Part shown: one piece after another, positions 32,750 to 42,809 of the stretch
Position numbering within the stretch: the first letter of the stretch is position 1
Layout of the letters: every line of letters begins with the position of its first letter
NCBI GenBank assembly: GCA_963845755.1
Contig: CAWJTV010000025.1
Location: forward strand, 32,001 to 96,000
Length of the DNA stretch: 64,000 bases
Origin: an uncultured Planctomycetota bacterium
GTDB lineage: Bacteria; Planctomycetota; Planctomycetia; Isosphaerales; Isosphaeraceae
Direction of reading: 5' to 3'
Translations under genes and position numbers: made by a program
Notes under the pieces: model-generated
Databases searched by the model: none
What the model was told of the DNA's origin: nothing
The model's input: the letters and a program-made list of their open reading frames with translations, nothing else

Positions 32750-34196
32750 GGCCAAGACGTGATTAGCACCCGACAGAGGTTTCTCGATGCCGGCACGAAT
32801 CACGATAGGAGGCAGCCATGTTCCGGGTCAGCTACCAGGCGAAGGCATCGACGACGCCGACACCCTCGAGGGAGCCCGGGAGATCGACCGGAGTGGGCGG
32901 CAGAGTCGGGACGACGTGGACGAGATCCGGTCGGATCGGTTCCCGTCGGGGCATAGCAGCCGGCCGTGGGGCCGGATGATCCGGCAGTCGGATGGGGGTT
33001 GAGGAGGTTCCTGTCTGTGGTCGCACCGATGATGCCTCGCCGCTTCGACTACGCGATGAAGGCGGAACCGGTCCAACACGGCCATTTCGCCCGATCGATC
33101 GGATTCCACTCGTGAAACGAGCCGAGTCCTGCCGGGACCACTCGCCGGGCAGATGCTTCGTGCTGCGACAACCGATCGTCACCGTTCGCAACGGCGTGAC
33201 GGAGGCAAATCGTGATGAACGTCCCTGCGGTTTCCACCGGCCGGCCATGATCAGGCGAGGAATCTCCCTGGGGATGGGCTCGTTGAGCGACTAAGGTATC
33301 TCTCGTCGCCAACAAGTCCGTGAGCCGGGACGCAGCGACGGATCGTCCGCTTCGCTGACTCGCTGCCAGGAAGACTACCAGGAAGACAGCGATGGCTTGG
33401 AGGGAGAACTTTCGATGGATGGCCCGCCCGGAAGGCTTCTCATAACGGCTTGAGAGCGCGGAGATATTCGAGAACGAGGCCATGGTTCGGCTCCACTCAT
33501 TTCCATGTCATCGCGCACGATGCACCGGAGCATCTGCGGGGGCGATGTCGTCGCACTCGGTTGTTAGGACCGAAGCTCGTCCCCGGCGCGGGGGTGCTGG
33601 CGCCAATGAAGCAAGAGGGCTTGGAACTGGCCAGGGGTCCGAGTTTCGCGCATCGGGGCAACTTCTGCTGATCATGGCGTGTGATGCCACTCAACTCTAT
33701 CTCACTCCCGAACGACATCGGGCGATATCGCGAAACCGTTGGGCGCCGGTGATGCCACGGAGCATCATCTCCTTGACAGGATGTAAATCGCGACTTAGAC
33801 AGAGGCGACGGCCTTCACGACGGGCTGCCCTCGCGGTAATTGGACACGACGGGCAGCCTGCAACACTCCCGGCCAGGGGGGGTCCGAGGATCCGCTTCGT
33901 CGTCGTGCGAACCCTCACGGGGGTTGCGGTTCCGGGCTTGATGCTCGTGGTCTTGCTCCGTTGAGTCATCCGGAGCGATGAGCTGAACCGCTGGGGCCCG
34001 GCCTAGTGGATCCGGACGAGTCATGTTTCGCAAGCATGTCGGCGGAACCGGTGTGTCGCGACAAGCCAGATGGCCAATACCGGTTGGGCTCCGCTCTCGC
34101 GGTCGGATGGAAGTTCTCTTTCAAGGGCCAAGAAAAAGAGCAGGCCGGCCACGGCCGCAGCCGTAGCCAGCCCGCCTCGCGATCGTGCCGTGAACC

Positions 34197-34523
34197 TCAG
34201 GGCCGATAGAACCTGTGCTTTCGCATCAGGTGATCGCCGAACACGAGGCCGCCTCCGAACCCGAGGATGGCAACCAGGGGTCCGGCGATGCCCGATCCGA
34301 TCACGCCGCCGATCAGAGCGATCGCGATCGTGCACCAGGCGCTCAAGCCGTTGAAGAGCTTCCGGCGATCGCGCCCGCGAATGTCGGGGAAAACCCAGTC
34401 GCAGATGTGTCTCGCCCCGAAATCCTGCAACGAGTTCGGCCGGACCTGGTAACCGCCGCGATAATGATGCGGCGGTCGCCGGCCCGGCCGCTTCCTGCGT
34501 CGGTTTGGATAGTGTCTTCCCAC
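34197..34523 (-). CDS. Small membrane hypothetical protein
   Basis: Abuts the upstream ORF; two C-terminal hydrophobic segments. Confidence 0.45.
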   Translation of the reverse strand: MGRHYPNRRRKRPGRRPPHHYRGGYQVRPNSLQDFGARHICDWVFPDIRGRDRRKLFNGLSAWCTIAIALIGGVIGSGIAGPLVAILGFGGGLVFGDHLMRKHRFYRP

Positions 34524-35069
34524 TCAGACCCCCTCTTCTGCCGGCGCGATCGCCAGCGCCTCGCGTTCGAGGTGGGTGAGCTCGTCGCCGAGCAACTCTC
34601 CGACCTTGGTCCAGAGCTGGCGTATCTGGGCCGGTGAGCGGGCGAGCCAGACGGTGTCGAGCAGGCGATCCTTCTCGGCGCGGAGCCGCAGGATCTGCCG
34701 GCCCAGCTCGTGCACGGCCAGCAACTCGTCCTCGTGAACCGCCTGCCGATGGGAAACAGCCCTGGTGATATCGGACTCGTGACGGACGTAATAGACCTCC
34801 TCGATCTGGTCGATCTCGACCCCGCGCACCCGGGCGAGCATGGTGCGCTGGGCCTGCCGCTCGCGACGGGCGAGCGCCTCTTTCTGGGAGGCGATCTGGT
34901 CGAGTTCCGCCCGGAATCCGGCCAGTCCCGGCGAGGTCAGGGCGCGTCCTCGAGCCGAGGCCTTGATCCGGTCCATCAGGCCCGGGTCGCCAGCCAGGAT
35001 CGCCTCGATCCGCCGATTGATCTTGGCCTCGATCCGATCCTTCCAGTGGGTTTTCTCTGCTACCGTCAA
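34524..35069 (-). CDS. Coiled-coil hypothetical protein (phage/ICE-like cluster)
   Basis: TVAEKTHWKDRIEAKINRRIEAI..EKDRLLDTVWLA.SP.QI.QLW; coding-like codon usage. Confidence 0.6.
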   Translation of the reverse strand: MTVAEKTHWKDRIEAKINRRIEAILAGDPGLMDRIKASARGRALTSPGLAGFRAELDQIASQKEALARRERQAQRTMLARVRGVEIDQIEEVYYVRHESDITRAVSHRQAVHEDELLAVHELGRQILRLRAEKDRLLDTVWLARSPAQIRQLWTKVGELLGDELTHLEREALAIAPAEEGV

Positions 35070-35136
35070 ACCTATGCAGGTCCTCCATTCGATGGAAGGT
35101 CATTCCGGGTTGTACTCGAAGCTTACCGATGGCTGC

Positions 35137-35618
35137 TCAGATCTGGCTTACCGCCTTGAGGGTGTCGATCATCCGGCTGGCCTGGGGCAGGCTCAGATCC
35201 TCCGGCCGATCGACTCCAAACTCCAGCAGCAAGCCCTCAAGGTCAGCATGCTGCCGGGTCGCGATGGAGCGAATCGCCCGGATTTGGTTCTCGGTCGCCA
35301 GCTTGCGGGTTCGGGATCGCCCGGCCGGCGGAGGGTCGGTGGGACCGTTGCCGTTGGCGTGGCCATTGGTCGTCTGGCGGGGCGGTGATGCCGGCGGATC
35401 TTGTGGCGCGGCGACCGGGGCCTGCAAGCGGGCCAGTTCATCGTGGACCGCCTGATGGGCGGCGACGTAGGCACTGCGGACCCGAGCATGGAACCCCTCC
35501 AGGTCGCGATCCAGCAGGCCGGTGTCGATCTCCAGCTCGAGGTGGCACGAGGCGCCGACCGAGCCGTAATCCGGCTGGCCGACCTTGCGCGAGACCCGAC
35601 GTTCAACTTCAAGGACAC
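35137..35618 (-). CDS. Hypothetical protein (phage/ICE-like cluster; frameshift near 35595)
   Basis: RBS GAAGGAGG and GTG start. LKLNVG.SRKVGQPDYGSVGASC..ATENQIRAI..LSLPQASRMIDTLK. Confidence 0.6.
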
Positions 35619-35705
35619 GGTGTGGGCCTCCTTCATGACACGGCATGGGACTGGGCCGGCGATTCTGCCTTAGCCGTGGGTTTCGGTTGGCGACGCCGAC
35701 GTCCG

Positions 35706-36660
35706 TCACTCCTTTCGTTCCGGTTTCTGGGCCGGCTGCGCCTTCCGGTTGGAGCGATCGGCGCTCGCGTTGTTCTTGCGGCGGGCCTCCAGCAACTCTG
35801 GCTCCCACTGGAACCTCGGTCCCTTGCCGGGTTCATAGCCCGCAAGGTGACTTTCGGCCAGGCCCGTTCGCTTGTCGGGCCGCACATAATGCCACGAGCC
35901 ATCGCCGAAGACCTCCTCGACGAGCTTCGCCAGCGCCGGGTCGTAAGACTTCAATTCGGCGCGCGTGTCGACGTGGTTATGCGAAGAGTCGTTCTGGCGA
36001 TTGGTGTCGAACCACGACTGGACGCCTTCGGCCCAGTATTCACTGATGTTGCTGATGGCATAGGTATTCTTCCAGAGGCCTTTGGCCTTCGCATCTTCGT
36101 AGACCTTGCTCAGCCGCGGCTGGAACGTCGGGTTGACCATTCGCAGGCCCATCGAGTGGATCGCGTGGGCGAACTCGTGGATCATGATGTTCTCGGTCGA
36201 ATATGGGTCGCCCTTGTAATTGAGCAGGTTCTCCTCGGCGCAACTGACGGCCGGGCGCTGGCGGCTGGCTCCCAGGCCTCGCGCGGATGTTCCAGTAGAG
36301 TTTGGGCTGCAAGTCGCGGTGCTCGGGAATGTCCGTCGTCCGCTCCGAGTAGGCCATGACCGCCAGCCGAACCTTGTTCCGGATCATCGCGTCCCGGACC
36401 TCCGGTCGATGGGCCAGCATCTGGTCGGCCAGGTAGGCCGCCTCACGCAATGCGTAGTCCGAGACCTTCGATGAGCCGACGACCGGCAGGCCGTGGGCGC
36501 TGAGATACTTGGTGTAGAACGGGTCGAGGCCCAACTCCTTGGGCGGGGCGGTCACCGCGGGCAACTCCGGCGGCGCCGCGGTTGCATTCCATGCCCCGAC
36601 CGGGAGCAGACAGAGAGCGACATGGAGCAAGAACCCGTTCCGAGCTGTGCGTTTCATCAT
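35706..36660 (-). CDS. Exported zincin-like (HExxH) protein (frameshift near 36280)
   Basis: Signal peptide; LDPFYTKY, EENLL, ENIMIHEFAHAIH and EYWAEGVQSWFD. Confidence 0.7.
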
Positions 36661-37274
36661 CGCGTTACCCTCTTTGCGACCGATGACTCGTGATGCGTCT
36701 GTCGCAAATCGAAAGGTTGGATTCGCGAGTGTGGCGAGTCCTCGCGATCGAGCGACCGTCGCCCGGCGTCCGCGGCACGAAACTAGATTACAACCGGCCC
36801 CAGCAGTTCGGGTCGAGGGTCAAGACGAGAAAAAGCCGGCCATGATGGCTCTGGGACGAGACGTTGAGGGCGGACCTTCGACGGCCTCACCGACCGCGAG
36901 AGATAAATGCGGGCAACGGCCGGGCGCATGAAGCCACGGCGGGCGCCGGGCATACGACGGACTTACGTGGCGTGGTCGGTCACGCCATGATCGTCGCTTT
37001 CACGGAACTGGCCGAACCAAGCCCGAGGACTTCCTCTTCGCCCGGAGTCGCGATGGTGCGTGCTGGCCACACCGGGACTGCTGGTAGTTGCAGCGTCCCG
37101 GCACTCGCCAAGGGCTCGACGTATGTGACCGCGACCGATCGCCAACGCCGATCGCCGAATCGATCGGTACGTGCCCCCGATCCACGAGGCCGCCTCGGGT
37201 CGCATGAACTGCACGGCACTCGGCACCGAGCACCCCTCGCGGGTTCCGATCCGATCGAGAGGCGCGACGTCCGG

Positions 37275-38678
37275 TCAGTCCCTCACCCGCCTCGCGGTGA
37301 ACGTGACGCTCCGTTCGTCGCCGATCTTCAGGCCCTTGCCCGCGTCCCAGATGATCGTCTCCCCCGGCAAGACCACCTTCGAGAAGTCGGTCTTCTCCAC
37401 TTTCACGTCGGTCACCTGGTACGGCAGCAGGTAGCAGAAGATCCGCCACCCGTCGTACTTCTCGGTCGTCCTCTTGTTCCCCTCGCCGACGAAGTTCACT
37501 TTCACCTTGTAGGTCATCCGCACGACGTCCTTGTCCCCGGTCTCCCGGACGTCGAGCGTCTCGGTGAGGGCCGGCTCGCGGGTCTTCTCCACCCGCCCTT
37601 CGAGGGCCGGGTCGCCGTAAAGGACGAAGATCCCGTCGGTGAACTCCGTCCCTTCCCTTTCCCGGCCGGTCACGATGTCCTCGGCGAGCAGATAGTTCGA
37701 CCACTGGCGGAGGAGGAACAGTGACTCGGAGAACGTCCAGCGGCCCTCCTGCTTGAGGAACCAGTCGGCCATGTTCCAGTTGAGCTCGTACCAGGTGGAC
37801 TGGACCGCGCCAACGTACTGTTTGGCCCCGTTCTTCATCCAGGCCAGGGCGTAGGAGTCCTTGAAGCTGTTCCGGCCCGTGTTCACCACGCCGGTCAGGC
37901 AGTTGCCGACGGCCCAGTAGATCTTGGGCCTCGACGCGGTGAGCGGCAGGTCCACGCCCGGGGCGGTCATGGTGAGCCGGCCGCCCCTGGCGGTCAGGTA
38001 GCCCTTACCGCGGGGGTACATGAGCATCCAGTTGTGATGCCCGCCGTGGCCAGACCCGATGATCAGGTCGAACTTGTCCTCAGACAGGAGCCTGTGGACG
38101 TACCTGGAGTCTTCCGCGTCACTGGTCGGCCCTCCGGACGTTACCGTGAAGTCCTCCCCCGCCTTCTTTTCGCCCAGCTCGCCCCGATCGCGAGTCCACT
38201 CGGTCACATAGTCCCCCTCCGGCACCCAGTTCAGCCACGCGCCGAGGGTCTTGGTGAAGGCCCGCTTGATCACCACCGGTTCCGCCTTCGCGAGCTCCAG
38301 CGCGTGCTCCTCGTCGAACCCGGTGAGGATGCCCCAGATCGCGTTAACGTACGGGTCATCGTCGAGCGTGCGGCAGAACTTGTTCGCCACCAGGGCGAAG
38401 TCCGGGAAGTTCTCGGTCGGCTGGCAAACGAAGCAGACGTAGCGGGGATGGTACACCCCGACATTCTGGCGGACGTCCTCGGGGGACTTGTCGTAGGCGA
38501 AGGCCTTCCCCTTGTACTTCGCTTCGAGGAACTGGACGACCTTGCCCCACGGGCCGGCTGCGACATCCTTCTTGACGACGATCGCGTACGGCCCGGCCGA
38601 CTCGGCGGCCCCGGCCATCCCGTCCGGCACGACGAAACCGGCCACCGCCACCAATCCCGCGACGAACTTCCGAGTCAT
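37275..38678 (-). CDS. Exported protein, possible gingipain/C25-like (caspase-hemoglobinase fold) peptidase
   Basis: Signal peptide; WGILTG, IGSGHG (His), AVGNCL (Cys) and VLYGDPAL. Confidence 0.6.
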   Translation of the reverse strand: MTRKFVAGLVAVAGFVVPDGMAGAAESAGPYAIVVKKDVAAGPWGKVVQFLEAKYKGKAFAYDKSPEDVRQNVGVYHPRYVCFVCQPTENFPDFALVANKFCRTLDDDPYVNAIWGILTGFDEEHALELAKAEPVVIKRAFTKTLGAWLNWVPEGDYVTEWTRDRGELGEKKAGEDFTVTSGGPTSDAEDSRYVHRLLSEDKFDLIIGSGHGGHHNWMLMYPRGKGYLTARGGRLTMTAPGVDLPLTASRPKIYWAVGNCLTGVVNTGRNSFKDSYALAWMKNGAKQYVGAVQSTWYELNWNMADWFLKQEGRWTFSESLFLLRQWSNYLLAEDIVTGREREGTEFTDGIFVLYGDPALEGRVEKTREPALTETLDVRETGDKDVVRMTYKVKVNFVGEGNKRTTEKYDGWRIFCYLLPYQVTDVKVEKTDFSKVVLPGETIIWDAGKGLKIGDERSVTFTARRVRD

Positions 38679-39000
38679 GGCACCCCTCCCCAGGAGAAAA
38701 GCGGCCCCAATCGGCCGATCGTACCCGCTCGCAAGGGAAAGGTCACGAAATAATCGCCGCCCTTGCGCTGCCGCCGTAAGGGGAAGCCGGTCACTCCGGT
38801 CTCCACCGCCCCGCAGGTCGGGCTCGCCGGCAGGCACTCCGGGGACGACACGGCATCCGACCAGATTCTATCAAACCGTAACCACTCCGGGCGATGTGAC
38901 CGTCACGCGCCAGCCGTTGAAACGAACAGGGAGTATTCCCCTACGAGCATTGGCAAAAGTTTGTTCAAAATAACACGCTAGAAATAAGGGGGATTGAGCG

Positions 39001-39480
39001 ATGCTAAAAATTGAGGTGGTTTCTGATGTCATTTGTCCTTGGTGTTTCATTGGCAAGCGGCGCTTGGAGCAAGCGATCGGCCGATTCGACGAAGAAGTCA
39101 GTATTCGCTGGCTCCCGTTGCAACTAAATCCGACCATGCCGTCGGGAGGAATGGATTGGCGCGTATCGCTCGGCCAAATTGGGGAGTTGGGAGCGGTCTC
39201 TTGCCTTCGATGACCAGGTCACAGCCGCCGGCGCGATGGAAGGCATGGCGTTCGATTTCACGCGTGTTGAACGGACGCCGAACACCCTCGACGCCCACCG
39301 GCTCATCTGGCTTGCCGGCGAGCGGGGCGTCCAGGACGCGGTGGTCGAGGGGCTGTTTCGCGGCTACTTCGTGGCGGGCAGAGACCTCGGCGACCGGGAG
39401 GTGCTGGCGGGCATCGCATCCGAAGCCGGACTCGGCCGCGAAGAGGTTGACCGATTCCTGCATGGCGATGACGGTCTCCG
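39001..39480 (+). pseudogene. DsbA/FrnE-family oxidoreductase, frameshifted and C-terminally truncated
   Basis: IEVVSDVICPWCFIGKRRLE, W.P.QLNP.MP and PNTLDAHRLI..LF.GYF. The C-terminal GVP segment is missing. Confidence 0.7.
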
Positions 39481-39615
39481 CAATCGTCCGTTTAGTATCC
39501 CGAGGCCTAGTTGCATCTTGCTTGCCCCTGGACCATAACACTGTTAGCGTTTGAGCGAAACCGAAACTGACGACTTTCTCTATGCCCGCGCCCCAAGTAG
39601 AGAGGAGCGACGATC

Positions 39616-42469
39616 GTGTCACGAGTCTTGACGACCTGGACGGCGGCGGCACTGGTGGCCCTGATCTGCGACCTACCGGCCTCGGCGGGGGATAAGACCA
39701 ACGGGGCTGTCGCACCCTCGGTCAAGAACCTGAGACTCAAGATCAGCCCGAACGGGCGCTACTTTGTCGATCAGGATGGCAAGTCGTTTTTCTACCTCGC
39801 AGACACCTGCTGGCTACTCTTTCAGAGGCTGAATCACGACGAGGTTGATGAGTACCTGAAAGACCGGGTTGCCAAAGGGTTCACCGTCATCCAGGCCTAC
39901 GTCATCCGTGGCCTCGGCCAGCGCCATCCAGATGGGAACGGCTCACTCCTCGGGGAGTCCCCGTTTATCGACCGCGACGCCACGAGGCCCAATGAGGCGT
40001 ACTTCAAGAACGTCGATTACGTCGTCAATCGAGCTAACGAGCTAGGCCTGTTCATGGGCCTGGTCACCGCCAAGTCGTGGCACGTCAACAAGACCCCAGA
40101 GCAGGTATTCAACGAGAAGAACGCCTACACGTTCGGCAAGTTCCTCGGCGAGCGTTACAAGAACAACGCCGTCATGTGGTATCCGGGCGGCGACTCCGTC
40201 CCCGGAAAGGACGACGCGGTTTGGATTGCGATGGCGAAGGGTTTAAGGGACGGCAGCGGCCGTACGCAATTGATCTCCTATCACGGGTCCGGGCAGACAT
40301 CCTCCTCGACCTGGTATCACAACGCCGATTGGCTCGATTTCAACACGATCCAGTCTGGCCATAACTTCAGGTCGGACAGCTTTGCCTTCGTCAGCAAGGA
40401 CCACGCCTTGTCACCCGCGAAACCGACCGTGGATATGGAGCCGGCGTATGAGAACCATCCTACCGGCGCCGGGAAGCCGCGCGTTGATGCACATAAGGTG
40501 CGCACTCAAGCTTACATGGCGATGCTCGCAGGCGCGGCGGGCCACGCTTACGGATCACTCGACCTTTTCTGGTTCTTCAAGCAGGGCGATGGCCCATTCC
40601 CCAGGGACGGATTCCGGGACTGGCGCACGGCGATGAATTACCCGGCTGCCGGACAGATGAGTGCGATGCGGCGGCTGTTCGAGCAAAGGCCCTGGTACAA
40701 GTTGATGCCCGATCAGTCGGTCCTGGCCTCGGATCCGGGCAGCGGTCCGTTTCAAGTCGTCGCCGCGCGGGCCGAAGAGGACAGCTTCGTCATCGTCTAT
40801 GCGCCCGCAGGCAAGCCCCTCAGCATCAACATGGAAAAGGTCTCTGGCAAGGCCGTGAAGGCACAGTGGTATGACCCCCGCGAGGGTACATGGCAGCTCA
40901 TCGGCGAATACCCGAACACGGGCCGCCGTGAGTTCGTCGCCCCCTCCCAAGGCGGAGCAGAGCGATTGGGTCCTGGTCTTGGAAGATGCCGCGAAGGGTT
41001 TCCCGGCCCTGAATTCCGCTGGTGACCTGTTGCGAGGCGAGGGCCAACCCATCAACCTCCCGATCAGCGGCCCGCTTCGGGCCTCGAAGAACCCGCACTA
41101 CTTTGAAGACGCCCGCGGCGCTCCGCTGATCCTCTGCGGATCCCATTCCTGGAACACGCTCCAAGATTGGGGTATCGATGGGTCAGTACGGCCGTTGGAT
41201 TTTGATGCGTTCATCCGCTTTCTAAAGGCGCACGGCCACAACTGCACCTTGCTCTGGTATACCGAGCTGCCCAGGTTCCACGGCCTACCGACCACGGATG
41301 CCGACCCGCCGAATTTCACCGTGAGACCTCATCCCTGGTTGCGGACAGGTCCTGAGTTCGCGACCGACGGCGAGCCGAAATTCGATCTGAAGAAGTTCAA
41401 TCCGGAGTACTTCGACCGATTGCGCACGCGGGTGCAGGCGCTCGAGAAGGCCGGCATCTATGTCGGCGTGTATTTGTTCACGGGCGAGTGGGTCCTGCGA
41501 TTTCGGTGTCCCACCGACGGCTACCCGTTCTCGGGGCCCAACAATATCAACGGAGCCGACGACGGCTATCGGGATAAGTCGTCCGCCGTCAGTTCCGTCA
41601 CCATGACTGCGCCCAACGCCATCACCGGTTTTCAGGACGTTTACATCAAGAAGATGATCGATACTCTGAACGACTTGCCGAACGTCCTCTGGATCGTCTC
41701 GGAAGAAGCTCCGACGTCCTCAACGTGGTGGAACAACCACCTGATTTCGGTCGTCCGCGCGTACGAGAAAGGAAAGCCCTTCCAACATCCGATCGGCTAC
41801 GCAACGCTCGGCGAGCGGCCCAACGATTCGATCCTTTATAACTCCGACGCGGATTGGGTTGCCCCGTGGGCGCGCGTATCCCCCACCAAGTCGACCGGAA
41901 CGGGTAGCCCCTCGGCCAAGGTCAACATCAACGATAGCGATCACAGCTATTACCGGATGTGGGACGACACACCTCAGAAGAACCGGAATTACCTCTGGGA
42001 GAATCTCGCGAACGGCAGCCAGGTCCTGTTCATGGACCCCTACCTGGTGAATTGGCCCAAATGGAAGCGGAACCTGTGCCTCGCTCCCGTTAACGGCATC
42101 GGCACCGCGCCCGACCCGCGCTACGACAATTTCCGGGACAATATGGGCTACCTCGTGCGTTACTCGCACAAGCTCAACCTGGCTGAAGTCACTCCGAGGG
42201 GCGAACTCTCGTCGACGGGCTTCTGTCTCGCCCAGACACCCGCCGTCGGGGCGGAGTACCTCGTCTACGCCCCCGACGGAGGCTCGTTCACGCTGGACCT
42301 CTCCGCCATGCCGAACACTCGAAGCCTTGCCGTCGAATGGTTCGACCCGGCGAACGGGAAGACGATCACGCAGAGCCCCGTCCCCGCCGGATCGTCCTCC
42401 CAGTCGTTCCGCGCCCCGTTCCGCGGCGATGCAGTGTTGTACGCGGTGGATGTCGCGGGCCACAACTGA
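39616..42469 (+). CDS. Exported tandem DUF4038/GH140-like glycoside hydrolase modules with collagen-binding-like C-terminal domains (frameshift near 40950)
   Basis: Module 1: FFYLADTCW, KGFTVIQ, QSGH, KPTVDMEPAYE, WYDPREG. Module 2: GSHSW, KFDL.KFNPEYFDRLR, EWFDPANG, DAVLY. Confidence 0.72.
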
Positions 42470-42677
42470 TCGTCCGCCGGATCCCCGTAAGTCGGGAGGG
42501 TGAGTAGCGATGGATGCTGCTGGCGAGGTCCGATCAGGCCGCCAGCCTCGCGAATCGCGACATCCGTGTCACTGCACACGGGACGCCCCCCAGCCAGTCC
42601 GAGATCCGATAGAGGGGCGTGAGTATCAATGGAGAATTCAAGGAATATATTCTATATATCTTCTTATATAAAATACT

Positions 42678-42776
42678 CTCCATGGCTTCCGACGCCGGTC
42701 AGCGCCTTGACCAGCTCGTCGATCATGATGACGCACGGCACCTCCGCGTCGGCGATCTTCAGGGCCTGTCGCGTCC
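42678..42776 (-). pseudogene. AAA-ATPase Walker-B fragment
   Basis: RQALKIADAEVPCVIMIDELVKALTGVGS resembles R.AL..A.A.APC.L.IDE.EK in Ycf46-type AAA proteins. Confidence 0.45.
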
Positions 42777-42809
42777 GTCCAAACAGGGGCTACACGTTCG
42801 TCAGGCGCA

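Noticed and set aside
32760..34190. ORFs in 32.8-34.2 kb (and 28.5-29.4 kb, 31.6-32.0 kb)
   Set aside because: No convincing motif, RBS or codon pattern; left unannotated.
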